A DNA stretch of 64,000 nt from an archaeon (GCA_043799715.1 JAZDNM010000003.1:288270-352269); one strand, 5' to 3'. Shown: positions 1 to 9,818, counted from the first letter of the stretch. Numbers and translations: made by a program. The notes: generated from the sequence alone by a model not told the origin.

Positions 1-2
1 AT

Positions 3-431
3 GGTGAAAAAATAAAAGTCCTGCCGATAACAGAAAGATTTTATCTCAATCCCAAGGCAATTGCGCTGTTTGAGCCTGACGAGGCTGTTATCCCCCTCCT
101 GAAGAAAATGCACAAGAAATATCTTCTTGAGCAGAAGGGGCAGGGCGGGGTGAGGCCTGCGCAGATTTCAAAAAAACTTGAAGAAGAGCTGAAGAAAATG
201 GCTGTCGATTCATACAACGCATGCAACTGCAGGGACTGGTGCAGGATGGAAATCAGGATGAACAGGAAAACAGGAAAGCTGTATATAATTGAGCTTAATC
301 CAATAGCAGGAATTGACCCCAGCTATATTCTGCCGAAGCAGGCAAATCTTGCAGGCATGAGCTATGCTGATTTGATAAATGCCATTGTGAATTTTGCGTC
401 GGAAAGATATAGGTTGAAGAGGAATCTTTGA
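3..431 (+). CDS. D-Ala-D-Ala ligase-like ATP-grasp protein, 5' partial
   Basis: Frame is open from base 3. C-terminal ATP-grasp motifs CRDWCRMEIRM and YIIELNPIAG, then the Ddl-like tail AGMSYADLI. Confidence 0.8.
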   Translation, partial: GEKIKVLPITERFYLNPKAIALFEPDEAVIPLLKKMHKKYLLEQKGQGGVRPAQISKKLEEELKKMAVDSYNACNCRDWCRMEIRMNRKTGKLYIIELNPIAGIDPSYILPKQANLAGMSYADLINAIVNFASERYRLKRNL

Positions 432-644
432 TTTATGCTGGAAATTTTTCTGATAATCCTGAATTTTATTCATTCTAAAGTTAAAAAACAAAGTTTATAT
501 ACATATTCTGCATTTTATACGTAATAAAAAATAATCCGAGAGAAAAAAATATTTTTATGGACGCAGCGAAAAACATTGTATTTCAATTAAAAATGCATTT
601 GCAAAAAGGGGTTCTTTATTTCTTTAGAGCCAGTTTACACACCA

Positions 645-1751
645 ATGTCTGATAGCAAACATATTTCTCAAAAACAGGTTTCAATACAAAAGGAATTTTG
701 GGAAGAGATTCTCGAAAAAGGAATCAGCAACAGCGAACAGCTCGGGAAAATATGCAAAATAGGGATTGACAGGCAGCAGATTGATGCTGTTGTGAAGGAA
801 TTCCCGATGTTCATCAATCCATATTACCTATCCCTGGTAAGAAGAAACAACGACGCTGTGTGGAAGCAATGCATTCCGAACATACTTGAAGTTGAGGATG
901 ATTTCGGATTTAACGACCCCTTGCACGAGGATGATAAGAAATTCAGCCCTGTTACAGGGCTGACGCACAGGTATCCTGACAGGGTTCTCATGCTTGTTTC
1001 AAACAAATGCGCAATGTACTGCAGGTTCTGCACAAGAAAAAGAAAAGTTGGGAAGCATTATGTCGCTATGAGCCGCGAGCAGCTTGCAAACGGCATTGGA
1101 TACATAAAGGAGCATCCAGAGATAAGGGATGTCATCCTTTCAGGAGGAGACCCCATGCTGCTGAAAGATGACGAGATTGAATGGATATTGAAAAATCTAA
1201 GGGAAATAAAGCATGTTGAAATTATAAGAATAGGCACAAGAGTTCCTTGCACGCTTCCACAGAGAATAACCCCTGAACTTTGCGCAATGCTGAAAAAATA
1301 TCATCCATTGTACATAAACACGCATTTTAATCATCCAAACGAGATAACAGAAGCGAGCAAAAAAGCGTGCGAGATGCTTGCTGATGCAGGAATTCCTCTG
1401 GGCAACCAGACAGTCCTGCTCAAGGGAGTGAATGATGACACAAAAATAATGTCAAAGCTCATGAAGAAGCTGCTTGCAATAAGGGTAAAGCCCTATTATA
1501 TCTACCAGACAGATTTGACAAGGGGAACAAATCATTTCAGGACAAAAGTCAGCAAGGGAATTGAGATTATCAAGGGGTTGCGAGGGCATATTTCAGGAAT
1601 GGCTGTGCCTCATTATGTTATTGATTTGCCAGGCGGAGGCGGAAAAACGCCTATTCTCCCGCAGTATATGCAGGATTACAACGAAAAAACAGGAAAAATA
1701 GCACTGAAGAATTACAAGGATGAGCTGTATGAATATATCGACGGCTGCTGA
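645..1751 (+). CDS. kamA: KamA family radical SAM/PLP lysine 2,3-aminomutase
   Basis: THRYPDRVL, CAMYCRFC (CxxxCxxC), LSGGDP, THFNHP, GNQTVLLKGVND and the PLP lysine motif PGGGGK. Confidence 0.92.
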   Translation: MSDSKHISQKQVSIQKEFWEEILEKGISNSEQLGKICKIGIDRQQIDAVVKEFPMFINPYYLSLVRRNNDAVWKQCIPNILEVEDDFGFNDPLHEDDKKFSPVTGLTHRYPDRVLMLVSNKCAMYCRFCTRKRKVGKHYVAMSREQLANGIGYIKEHPEIRDVILSGGDPMLLKDDEIEWILKNLREIKHVEIIRIGTRVPCTLPQRITPELCAMLKKYHPLYINTHFNHPNEITEASKKACEMLADAGIPLGNQTVLLKGVNDDTKIMSKLMKKLLAIRVKPYYIYQTDLTRGTNHFRTKVSKGIEIIKGLRGHISGMAVPHYVIDLPGGGGKTPILPQYMQDYNEKTGKIALKNYKDELYEYIDGC

Positions 1752-1800
1752 TGCAGCATAAGAAAAAGAGAATTCTGGAATAAGGGGATATTAAGGATTT

Positions 1801-2529
1801 TTAGGATTTAAGCATCCCGATGTCATCAAGCAGCTTCGATGCCTTGTTTCTTGTTTCAAGAGTTATATCGGCGTTTTTTGGCAGGATTTTCCTGTAATAC
1901 CCTATGTCAAGGTTTCCCTCGCCCAAGTGAAGATGGTCTCGCTTTTTTTCAAGAAGTATATCAGAAAAATGGAAATGAGCTGGATTTAATTCAAGATAGG
2001 GCTTTATGAATTCATTATAATCTGTTTTATTCCTGGCAAGTGCTGATAATATTGCATGAGAGATGTCAAGGCACAGATTTTTGCCTGTTTTCTTGAGGAA
2101 ATTTTCAGTTTTCTCAGGCACAGAGCACAGGGAGTTTATCGCCCTGCCCTGGTAATTCAATGGGGGCAGGTTTTCCACAAGTATCCTGCGGTCATCAATT
2201 TTTCTGAAAAAGTTGATTGCTATTTCCTCGCTGCAGCTGCTGTTTGAGATTGCTCCGGGATGGCATACAATTTTTTTGGCATTGAGACTGTCTGCAAGAT
2301 TCATTGCGAATTCAATTGACTTGAGATTTTTGCTGTATTTCGCGCTGTCCGCAGGATTAATGCCGAACAGCTGGTGCTCTGCATGGATTACAATCTTTTT
2401 TTCATAATCTTTCAGGAAATCATAATTCTGGCTTCTTATTGCCATTACTTCAATAAAATCTATGCTTCCTGCTACTTCGTCAAGGAATTTTTTGTCTTTT
2501 ATCCCGAAAATTTTTGCGCCAAGGTTCAT
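1801..2529 (-). CDS. AP endonuclease 2 / xylose isomerase-like TIM barrel protein
   Basis: Metal-ligand pattern IHA, CHPG, LVENL, CLDISHA, HFSD, DHLHLGEG, TLE. Confidence 0.8.
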   Translation of the reverse strand: MNLGAKIFGIKDKKFLDEVAGSIDFIEVMAIRSQNYDFLKDYEKKIVIHAEHQLFGINPADSAKYSKNLKSIEFAMNLADSLNAKKIVCHPGAISNSSCSEEIAINFFRKIDDRRILVENLPPLNYQGRAINSLCSVPEKTENFLKKTGKNLCLDISHAILSALARNKTDYNEFIKPYLELNPAHFHFSDILLEKKRDHLHLGEGNLDIGYYRKILPKNADITLETRNKASKLLDDIGMLKS

Positions 2530-2622
2530 GATTTGGCAATAAAACTGGTATTTTTAATTCTTGTTAATTAAAAATCATCTGGAAAATGCAAGGTTTAAAA
2601 GTCCTATTTGGCTTTCTGTAAA

Positions 2623-2865
2623 ATGGATGTTCTTGGCTATATGACATGCAGGGCGCATATGCTGTACGTTAACATGATTAATGAACTGCCGCAGGGCAGC
2701 GTGCAGAGCGGGATGTTCTATGCCCATCCATTTTTTGTTCTTGGCGCATGGACTGCAAAAAAAATCGGGCTTGAGAAATTAAGCGAAAAAATGATACAAA
2801 GTGTAATTGGCTCTGCCAAAGACGGGATAAATGGGATAAAGAGCAATATTGAAAAAATGCTTTAG
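2623..2865 (+). CDS. Small hypothetical protein
   Basis: ATG about 25 nt after TATA-like AAGGTTTAAAA; sits in an intergenic gap. Confidence 0.55.
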   Translation: MDVLGYMTCRAHMLYVNMINELPQGSVQSGMFYAHPFFVLGAWTAKKIGLEKLSEKMIQSVIGSAKDGINGIKSNIEKML

Positions 2866-2874
2866 GTTTGTTAT

Positions 2875-4371
2875 CTAAATCTTTTTTATTTCAGCGCCAT
2901 GTTCTGTATCATCAACAGAATATCCAAGGGATTTTATTTTTTCTCTCAGGGAATCAGCAACTGCCCACATTCCTGCGGTTCTTGCATTTTCCCTGTCAGC
3001 TGCAAGCTTTTTTATTTCTTCGGGAATTAAAATTGCTTTTTCCTCCTTGTCAAGATTCAAGCCGAAAACCTTGTCAAAGTCAAGAATTAACGAGTATTTC
3101 TCTGAATTTTTCAGCTGCCCTGACTTTAGCATTGTGTGAAACAATGCAAGCGCCTTTGGCATGTTCAAGTCGTCATTCACAGCCTCAAGGAACTCCTGCT
3201 TGTATGGCTGAATTTCGTTTCCCCTTAGCCCTGTTATGTCAAGAGTTCTTTTTATTTCTCTTACTTTATTTTTCAGGCCGGCATATGAATTTTTCGCATT
3301 CTGCAGATTCTCATACGTGAATGCCAATTCATCCCTGTAATGGGTAGTAAGGCAGAGATACCTGTAGTCAAGGGCAGAAAAGCCGTGCTCCTTTACTGTC
3401 TGCAAGGTTATTATGTTGCCGAGTGATTTTGACATTTTGCCCTCTGCAAGCTTCAGGAATCCTGCATGAAGCCAGTAATTAACAAATTTCTTTCCTGTTG
3501 CTGCCTCGCTCTGCGCAATCTCATTCTCATGATGGGGAAATGTCAAGTCAGCTGCGCCTGTGTGAATGTCAAACTGGTTTCCCAGATATCTCGTTGACAT
3601 TGCCGAGCATTCTATGTGCCAGCCAGGCCTGCCTCTTCCTATGTCTGTGCTCCATGACACATTGCCGTCATCCTGCTTCCAGAATTTCCACAATGCAAAA
3701 TCATTCGCCTGCTCCTTTTCATAATTGTCTGACTGTATCCTGCCTGTCTTTTTCAGTGATTCTGGAACAAGCCTTGCAAGCTTCCCGTATTTTTTGAATT
3801 TTGAGACAGAAAAATAAACTCCATCCTCTGTCTTGTAGGCATATCCTTTTTTCATCAGAATTTTTATAATTTCAACCATCTCATGGATGTGCTCTGTCGC
3901 TCTCGGCCTTATGTCAGGCAGTATCACATTGAGCTCTGCGAGATTTTCAAAGAATGTTTTTTCATACTTGTGCGTCAGTTCCTGAAGCGTCAGTTTTTCC
4001 TCATGCATCCGCTTTATTATCTTGTCGTCAACATCTGTCAGGTTCATTACGTGCTTGATTTCATAGCCGTTGTAAAGCAATGTTCTCTTAAGAATATCAT
4101 TGAATACGTATGTCCTCAAGTTTCCTATATGCGCATAGTCATAAACAGTCGGCCCGCACGAGTACATTCCAACCTTTCCTTTCTCAATGGGCTTGAATAT
4201 CTCTTTTTTCCTTTTCAGGGTGTTGTAGAAATAGAGATTGTCTTTTTTATCTGCTGCCTTTGAGAGCTGTTTTATTTCCTTCTGTCTTGCAGTTATCTCT
4301 TTTCTCGCCTGTTTCTTCAGCCTTTGGCTTGCCCTCTTTTTTGCTGGTTTTTTTCTCTGTGGCATTTTCAT
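2875..4371 (-). CDS. cysS: Cysteinyl-tRNA synthetase with basic N-terminal extension
   Basis: CGPTVY, HIGN, PGWHIECSAM, FPHHENEIAQ, KMSKS. Confidence 0.97.
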   Translation of the reverse strand: MKMPQRKKPAKKRASQRLKKQARKEITARQKEIKQLSKAADKKDNLYFYNTLKRKKEIFKPIEKGKVGMYSCGPTVYDYAHIGNLRTYVFNDILKRTLLYNGYEIKHVMNLTDVDDKIIKRMHEEKLTLQELTHKYEKTFFENLAELNVILPDIRPRATEHIHEMVEIIKILMKKGYAYKTEDGVYFSVSKFKKYGKLARLVPESLKKTGRIQSDNYEKEQANDFALWKFWKQDDGNVSWSTDIGRGRPGWHIECSAMSTRYLGNQFDIHTGAADLTFPHHENEIAQSEAATGKKFVNYWLHAGFLKLAEGKMSKSLGNIITLQTVKEHGFSALDYRYLCLTTHYRDELAFTYENLQNAKNSYAGLKNKVREIKRTLDITGLRGNEIQPYKQEFLEAVNDDLNMPKALALFHTMLKSGQLKNSEKYSLILDFDKVFGLNLDKEEKAILIPEEIKKLAADRENARTAGMWAVADSLREKIKSLGYSVDDTEHGAEIKKI

Positions 4372-4457
4372 TTCAGGAAAGATTTGTTTAAAAATGTTGA
4401 GAAAACCAGCAAAGAATTAATCTCCCAATTTAGATTACAAGGCAGGATGCTTATTGC

Positions 4458-5237
4458 TTAGCAGAACGCATTGTAAGCCCAGCCCTGCTTCTTGATTGCA
4501 ATCTGGGTTTCTGCCCTGTCAAGATTGCCGACTTTCATCTTTAATGTGAACTCAAAATTGGGGGCGTCTTTTGGCGGCTTTATCATGAGATTTTTCTCCT
4601 TGCCAAGAGTGCCTACTGCATCCTTGCCGGATAATGGAGTTGTAAACCATGACTCAACTGTTGCCTCCTTCAGGCTAAAAGGCGCTCTCTTGTATGTGTC
4701 TGACAAATATACCTCAAACTTGTAATTGTATTCTGTCTCTACAGTTGGCTTGAATGCAAACCATACTGCAGAGGATTCTCCCGGGGGGATATTTATTGGG
4801 CCGCTTGGTCCCTGTAATAAAACAACATCATTTCCTGTATCCTGGAACAGCTTGTTTATCTGGTCCTTCATTTTCTGCGTCAAGTCAAGGGAAGTGACAA
4901 GTGCCCCGCACATTATTGTCCTCACAAGAACAAGCCCTAAAATCAGCATTGAAACAGCCATTACTATGATAACTATAGTGCTTATGCTCAGCTCAAGCGC
5001 TGCTTTTTTCCCTTTCCTTTTCTGCTTCTTTATTTTCTTTTTCTTTGATTTTGGCTTTTCAAACAATCCTGCTAGAGTTATCACAATTCCAATTATACCG
5101 CATGTAATCCATAAAAGCTGGCTGCTTCCATATATTAAAGGCACAATCCTTCCATTCATGACCGCGCCGCTCAGGAAAAACAGGACTGATGAAAGAATCA
5201 ATACTGAAACTCCGATATTGACAGTGCCGAGCCTCAT
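4458..5237 (-). CDS. Membrane protein with internal pilin-like (class III) signal segment
   Basis: Two N-terminal TM helices, a poly-Lys linker, then KKA-ALELSISTIVIIVMAVSMLILGLVLV. Confidence 0.6.
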   Translation of the reverse strand: MRLGTVNIGVSVLILSSVLFFLSGAVMNGRIVPLIYGSSQLLWITCGIIGIVITLAGLFEKPKSKKKKIKKQKRKGKKAALELSISTIVIIVMAVSMLILGLVLVRTIMCGALVTSLDLTQKMKDQINKLFQDTGNDVVLLQGPSGPINIPPGESSAVWFAFKPTVETEYNYKFEVYLSDTYKRAPFSLKEATVESWFTTPLSGKDAVGTLGKEKNLMIKPPKDAPNFEFTLKMKVGNLDRAETQIAIKKQGWAYNAFC

Positions 5238-5473
5238 TTTTTTCTCCCCGCTATTCTCATCTTGTTCTCAATATAGATATGCCCTGCAATAGGGAAAAGT
5301 ATTCCAATAAGAACCCACTCAATGACATTTGTCCACAATCCATAAACAATGATAACTGCTCCAAGAATATGCAGCAAAAGAACCCTTGAATCAGAATGCT
5401 CAAGCATTTTTCTCTCTAACATCCTGAGCTGTGACAGGTCAATTCTTTCTGCCAAAGTTTTATGCCTCTCCAT
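5234..5473 (-). CDS. Small membrane protein
   Basis: MERHKT start, two hydrophobic helices, ATGA overlap with the next gene. The longer ORF call would overlap the tRNA. Confidence 0.65.
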   Translation of the reverse strand: MERHKTLAERIDLSQLRMLERKMLEHSDSRVLLLHILGAVIIVYGLWTNVIEWVLIGILFPIAGHIYIENKMRIAGRKK

Positions 5474-5540
5474 TTTCCTCTTTTTCTTTCTTCTGGCAGG
5501 GAAAGGGTGTTTATAAAATTTGCGAAATCTACAACGCAGA

Positions 5541-5553
5541 GAAAGGTTTAAAA
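5541..5553 (+). promoter_or_regulatory. BRE-TATA promoter of tRNA-Phe
   Basis: GAAAGGTTTAAAA about 25 nt upstream of the tRNA 5' end. Confidence 0.6.
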
Positions 5554-5577
5554 CTTTATTCTTGTTTTGTTTTTCAT

Positions 5578-5649
5578 GGAGCAGTAGCTCAGGGGGAGAG
5601 CACACGGCTGAAGACCGTGGTGTCGGGGGTTCGATTCCCCCCTGCTCCA
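5578..5649 (+). tRNA. tRNA-Phe(GAA), CCA not encoded
   Basis: Acceptor GGAGCAG/CTGCTCC, D arm GCTC/GAGC, anticodon arm CACGG-CT GAA GA-CCGTG, T loop TTCGATT. Confidence 0.95.
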
Positions 5650-5678
5650 TATCTTTTCATGTTGGGCAGGGTAGAAAA

Positions 5679-6002
5679 ATGAGGATTGATGAGCTGACAC
5701 AGGAAGTTCTTGACGACATTTTCAAGATTTACAAAAAGACTACAGGCAGTGTTGAAGACAGATTCCCGAACATTGACAGTGTCAGGGATTATATAGAAAA
5801 ATTCGGCTTTTTTGAATACAGGGCTGGCTCCTCATTAAGCGGGCATTCAAAGTTTGTAATTGAAGTTGAGGACAAACTAAAGTTCTATCTTTCCCCAAAT
5901 TGTGAATGCAGCACAAGAAAAGAAAGCAGGAAAGCTGAGAAAACAAGGGATTCTTTTGACAGGGCTGTAAAGAATTATATGGCTGAGAATAATCTTGGAT
6001 AA
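5679..6002 (+). CDS. Hypothetical protein
   Basis: 107-aa ORF (MRIDELTQ) directly after the tRNA. Confidence 0.65.
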   Translation: MRIDELTQEVLDDIFKIYKKTTGSVEDRFPNIDSVRDYIEKFGFFEYRAGSSLSGHSKFVIEVEDKLKFYLSPNCECSTRKESRKAEKTRDSFDRAVKNYMAENNLG

Positions 6003-6005
6003 ATC

Positions 6006-7331
6006 TTACTCGCCTGCAAGAAGTTTATTCGTTCCGTTCTGGTACTGGAATACCAAGCCCGATGGACCATAAGCAGAAGTTGGAACAGAAAAACTTGATG
6101 TCCACCTTGCTATCCCTTTAGAGACACGGAATTCATCTATGTAGCCATTAAAATACCCAGAGAATCTTTCATCATAACCTATTGTAAGAACAGCTGCCCT
6201 ATCGGGAAAAGCACCATTCCAAGCACCTCCACCATCCATTGACAAATCTGCACCAGTTTTTATTACACCATCTATAAATATCGCTATGTCTTGGTTATTA
6301 TTATTTAATGCTTTTCTTTCAAATGCTAAATGATACCAAGTATTAGCAGAAGGAGTAAAAGCGGTGGTTACAAGAATTACCCAACTCCCGTCAGTATATG
6401 CACCCATGTATAAAGTATTACCTGTATAGAAAAGAGATGTGTCGCTAGTACCGGAGACATATTGAGTAAAAAATCCTTGATATCCTACAGTATTCCACCT
6501 TAGCCAGAAATCTACAGTCCATGAACCAGTTCCGAAGTTCCAATCATCACTATCAGGAAGAGTAACATAATCAGAGTTACCATCTAATAAAAGTGAAGTA
6601 CCCCCAAACTTACTTTGGGCAGTATCTAATTGTGCTGTGCCAGCAAAAGTATATGCCCCAGCCACTGGGTCGCTATAAGCAGTAGCCCCATCTGCACCGT
6701 CAAAATGTGAAAGCAGTTTTGTGTAGGAATCTACATCCCCGCTACTAATTACATAATAAAGCCTGCCATAGCCTGTGCTATTTACAGGTGAGGATGTTAA
6801 TTGATTTAGAATTATTGTTGAATTGGTTGTTATTGTGCTATTAACTATTAAGCTGGAAGGAAAAACATAATCCCCTGCGCCGAAAGTTCCTGCTGTAATA
6901 TCACTCGCTTTATGGCTTACAGTCGGGTCCTGCCATGCTATCTCCTGCATGGTTTTCTTGCCTAAAATGTTCGTGAAGATAATTGTTGTATTATACCATG
7001 CCTCTGCTTTTGTGTCATGGACAATCCACCTTGTTTCATAAACTCCATTTCTCCCTGTGCCTGTGATGAGAGCTATGTTTCTTTCATCAGGCATTTTTTC
7101 ATTATCAAAGATTGCTATCGCTGACTTTATACCCAAAGTGTCTTTTGCCTGAACAGTAACAATCATCACCTGCCCCGGCATCACTTTTTCAGGATAAACA
7201 GAAGCGGAAAGGATTTGTGGCGGGGAAGACTTGGCTAAAAATATCAGGAAAGATAACCCTAAAAGAACAATCAAGATTATTCCATAAGCTCCTTTTCTCT
7301 TTTCCCTTGCCTGCCTTTGCTTTTTTGCCAT
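6006..7331 (-). CDS. Membrane-anchored protein with Ig-like region and C-terminal LamG/concanavalin A-like domain
   Basis: N-terminal TM; LamG-type motifs WTVDFW, NTWYHLAFER, IFIDGV, FNGYIDEFRVSKG. Confidence 0.8.
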   Translation of the reverse strand: MAKKQRQAREKRKGAYGIILIVLLGLSFLIFLAKSSPPQILSASVYPEKVMPGQVMIVTVQAKDTLGIKSAIAIFDNEKMPDERNIALITGTGRNGVYETRWIVHDTKAEAWYNTTIIFTNILGKKTMQEIAWQDPTVSHKASDITAGTFGAGDYVFPSSLIVNSTITTNSTIILNQLTSSPVNSTGYGRLYYVISSGDVDSYTKLLSHFDGADGATAYSDPVAGAYTFAGTAQLDTAQSKFGGTSLLLDGNSDYVTLPDSDDWNFGTGSWTVDFWLRWNTVGYQGFFTQYVSGTSDTSLFYTGNTLYMGAYTDGSWVILVTTAFTPSANTWYHLAFERKALNNNNQDIAIFIDGVIKTGADLSMDGGGAWNGAFPDRAAVLTIGYDERFSGYFNGYIDEFRVSKGIARWTSSFSVPTSAYGPSGLVFQYQNGTNKLLAGE

Positions 7332-7431
7332 TCTTGTAATATAATAATATACTGCTGATTTTTAAATCTTGTGTTATTTTTGTTGGATTTATGTTGGATT
7401 TGCTTTTATTTCCTGTTTGTCCAATAAGATT

Positions 7432-7710
7432 ATGAAAAAAGGCAATATCAATTGGGATGATGTGAGCTTTGTGACAAGGGGCAAGCACAGGAAAGCAGTG
7501 CTTAATCTGCTGATTAAGCCAAAAACCCCGACCCAGATTAAGAAAGAGACTGGCTTGCATTTTAACAGCGTAAGCAGGATTCTTGTTGAGCTTACCAAAG
7601 AAGGGTTTGTAAAATGCCTGACGCCAAAACAGAAGCTTGCAAGATTTTACCAGATTGCAGGCAAGGGGAAAAAAGTTTTACAGTTTTCTGGAATACAGGA
7701 ACTTGTTTGA
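7432..7710 (+). CDS. Winged-helix transcriptional regulator
   Basis: KPKTPTQIKKETGLHFNSVSRILVELTKEGFV helix-turn-helix plus wing; divergent from the LamG gene. Confidence 0.8.
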   Translation: MKKGNINWDDVSFVTRGKHRKAVLNLLIKPKTPTQIKKETGLHFNSVSRILVELTKEGFVKCLTPKQKLARFYQIAGKGKKVLQFSGIQELV

Positions 7711-8139
7711 AAGAGAGACAAGCATTGCCATGAAAGCAACAACAAACAGGACAATGAAAACTATCCCCAGATAAAAGAAAATCTGGGATACTGATGAAAG
7801 CTCTCCGAACATTTTTCCTGTAAAGCCGTTCATCACTGTTGAAAGATACGAGCAGAAAAGCAGGATGACTGATATCGTGCTCACTTTGCTGGGGTTCATG
7901 AAAATCTCATTGAAGTCACTGAGCCTGAAAACAGAAACCATGAACGCCATAAATCCCAGAAGAAAAAGGCAGAGGAATGCTATTGTGAGAAAAAGGCATA
8001 TTCTCGCTATTGCTGATATCTCCCCGAATTTGTCTGTTGAGAGGTTATATGCAACAGTGAATATGTAAGAGGAGATTAAAAGGCAGATTGCAATCGTGCT
8101 TGTTGCTGCCTGGCTCTGGAGTATCTTCGCAAAATTCAT
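7678..8139 (-). CDS. 4-TM membrane protein made of two internal repeats
   Basis: The pattern STI..LL..SY..TV..FGE.S...I...L.I.F..LF...FMA..VS occurs twice. Confidence 0.7.
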   Translation of the reverse strand: MNFAKILQSQAATSTIAICLLISSYIFTVAYNLSTDKFGEISAIARICLFLTIAFLCLFLLGFMAFMVSVFRLSDFNEIFMNPSKVSTISVILLFCSYLSTVMNGFTGKMFGELSSVSQIFFYLGIVFIVLFVVAFMAMLVSLSNKFLYSRKL

Positions 8140-8234
8140 TGTTCAGGGAAAGTGAGTTTATATAAAAAGATTTGCATGTCTCCTGTCTGACAAAAATATT
8201 TAAACTGTATTAAAATTTATTTTCTGCATTCAAG

Positions 8235-9032
8235 ATGGAAATAATAAAAGTAAAGAATCTCACAAAAAATTTTGGAAAATTTACAGCAGTAAATAGCATA
8301 TCCTTCTCAGTTAAAAAAGGGGAGATTTTTGCTTTTCTCGGCCCAAATGGCGCAGGCAAGACAACAACAATAAAAATGCTGACAACGCTTCTTGAGCCGT
8401 CAGGAGGCTTAATTATACTTAATGGGGCGAATCCTGCAGCAGACAAAGATGCAGTAAGGAAAAGTTTTGGCATTATTTTTCAGGATGCAAGCCTTGATGA
8501 CGAGCTGACTGCTTATGAAAACATGGAATTTCATGGAGTGCTGTACAGGGTTGACAGGAAACTCCTGAAACAGAGAATTGAAGAGCTGCTCAAATTTGTC
8601 GGGCTCTGGGACAGGAAAAACAGCCTTGTAAAAACATTCTCAGGAGGCATGAAACGAAGGCTTGAAATCGCAAGGGGGCTGCTTCACCATCCAAAAATAT
8701 TATTTCTTGACGAGCCGACGCTCGGGCTTGACCCCCAGACAAGAAATCATATCTGGGAATACATAAGAAAATTGAACAGGGAAGAAAAGATTACAGTATT
8801 TTTTACAACCCATTACATGGAAGAAGCAGAGAAAGTTGCAGGCAGAATCGCAGTGATTGACAACGGAAAAATAATTGCAGTGGGCACATCAAAAGAACTC
8901 AGGAAAAAAACAGGCAAGAAATCGCTTGAAGACGCATTTATCAAACTGACAGGCAAGGAAATCAGGGATGAAGAAGCTTCCCATCTTGACCATATGAGAA
9001 TGAGAAGAAGAGTGTTTGGAGGCAGAAGATGA
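8235..9032 (+). CDS. ABC transporter ATP-binding protein (DrrA-like)
   Basis: GPNGAGKTT, FSGGM, LFLDEPT, TTHYM. Confidence 0.95.
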   Translation: MEIIKVKNLTKNFGKFTAVNSISFSVKKGEIFAFLGPNGAGKTTTIKMLTTLLEPSGGLIILNGANPAADKDAVRKSFGIIFQDASLDDELTAYENMEFHGVLYRVDRKLLKQRIEELLKFVGLWDRKNSLVKTFSGGMKRRLEIARGLLHHPKILFLDEPTLGLDPQTRNHIWEYIRKLNREEKITVFFTTHYMEEAEKVAGRIAVIDNGKIIAVGTSKELRKKTGKKSLEDAFIKLTGKEIRDEEASHLDHMRMRRRVFGGRR

Positions 9033-9775
9033 ATGTTGTTTATGTTATGTGGCTGAGGCAGCTGAAAAGATTTTTCAGGGCGAAATCAAGGATTATAGGC
9101 GCATTAGGGCAGCCGCTGCTGTTCCTGTTTGCGCTTGGGTTCGGGCTCAGCCCTGTTTTCCAGCAGGCAGGCAAGGGCAATTACATCAATTTTCTTGTGC
9201 CAGGCATAGTGGCAATGAGCGTCCTGTTCACATCAATGTTTTCAGGAATTGAAATAATATGGGACAGGCAGTTCGGCTTCCTGAAAGAAACCCTTGTTGC
9301 CCCTGTTTCAAGGATGCAGATAATGATTGGCAGGACTCTTGGAGGAGCAACAGTTTCTGTTTTTCAGGGCATTATAATTCTCGCCCTGTCATATTTTGCA
9401 GGATTCAGGCTTATGAGCATAAGCTCATTTTTGCTGGCATTGGTTTTCATGACTTTGATAGCCCTGACATTCACTGCGCTCGGAACAGCAATCGCATCAG
9501 GCATTGATGATTTCCACGGCTTCCAGATGATAATGAACTTTCTTGTGATGCCCCTGTTCTTTTTGTCAGGGGCTCTCTTCCCGCTTAACGGCTTGCCAAA
9601 AGTGATAGGCATCATCGCAAGGATAAATCCTTTGTCATATGGAGTTGACGGGCTAAGGGCGGCGTTGGAAGGAACATCTTTCTACGGCTTGCCTTTTGAC
9701 CTGGGAATTCTTGCTGCATTAACCTTTGTCCTGCTTGTGCTGGGCAGTTATATGTTTTCGAAAATCCAGGTATGA
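9029..9775 (+). CDS. ABC-2 type permease
   Basis: Six TM helices, DRQFGFLKE..VAP, FLSGALFP, NPLSYGVD; overlaps the ATPase stop. Confidence 0.93.
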   Translation: MNVVYVMWLRQLKRFFRAKSRIIGALGQPLLFLFALGFGLSPVFQQAGKGNYINFLVPGIVAMSVLFTSMFSGIEIIWDRQFGFLKETLVAPVSRMQIMIGRTLGGATVSVFQGIIILALSYFAGFRLMSISSFLLALVFMTLIALTFTALGTAIASGIDDFHGFQMIMNFLVMPLFFLSGALFPLNGLPKVIGIIARINPLSYGVDGLRAALEGTSFYGLPFDLGILAALTFVLLVLGSYMFSKIQV

Positions 9776-9818
9776 ATTCTTTGTGCAAAATATATAAACT
9801 TTTTAGCAATAGATATGT

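Noticed and set aside
2868..4420. Antisense ORFs over cysS and similar shadow ORFs elsewhere
   Set aside because: They are opposite-strand shadows of well-supported genes.
5474..5678. N-terminal extensions of ORFs 5234-5650 and 5520-6002
   Set aside because: They run through tRNA-Phe; downstream ATGs at 5473 and 5679 are more plausible.
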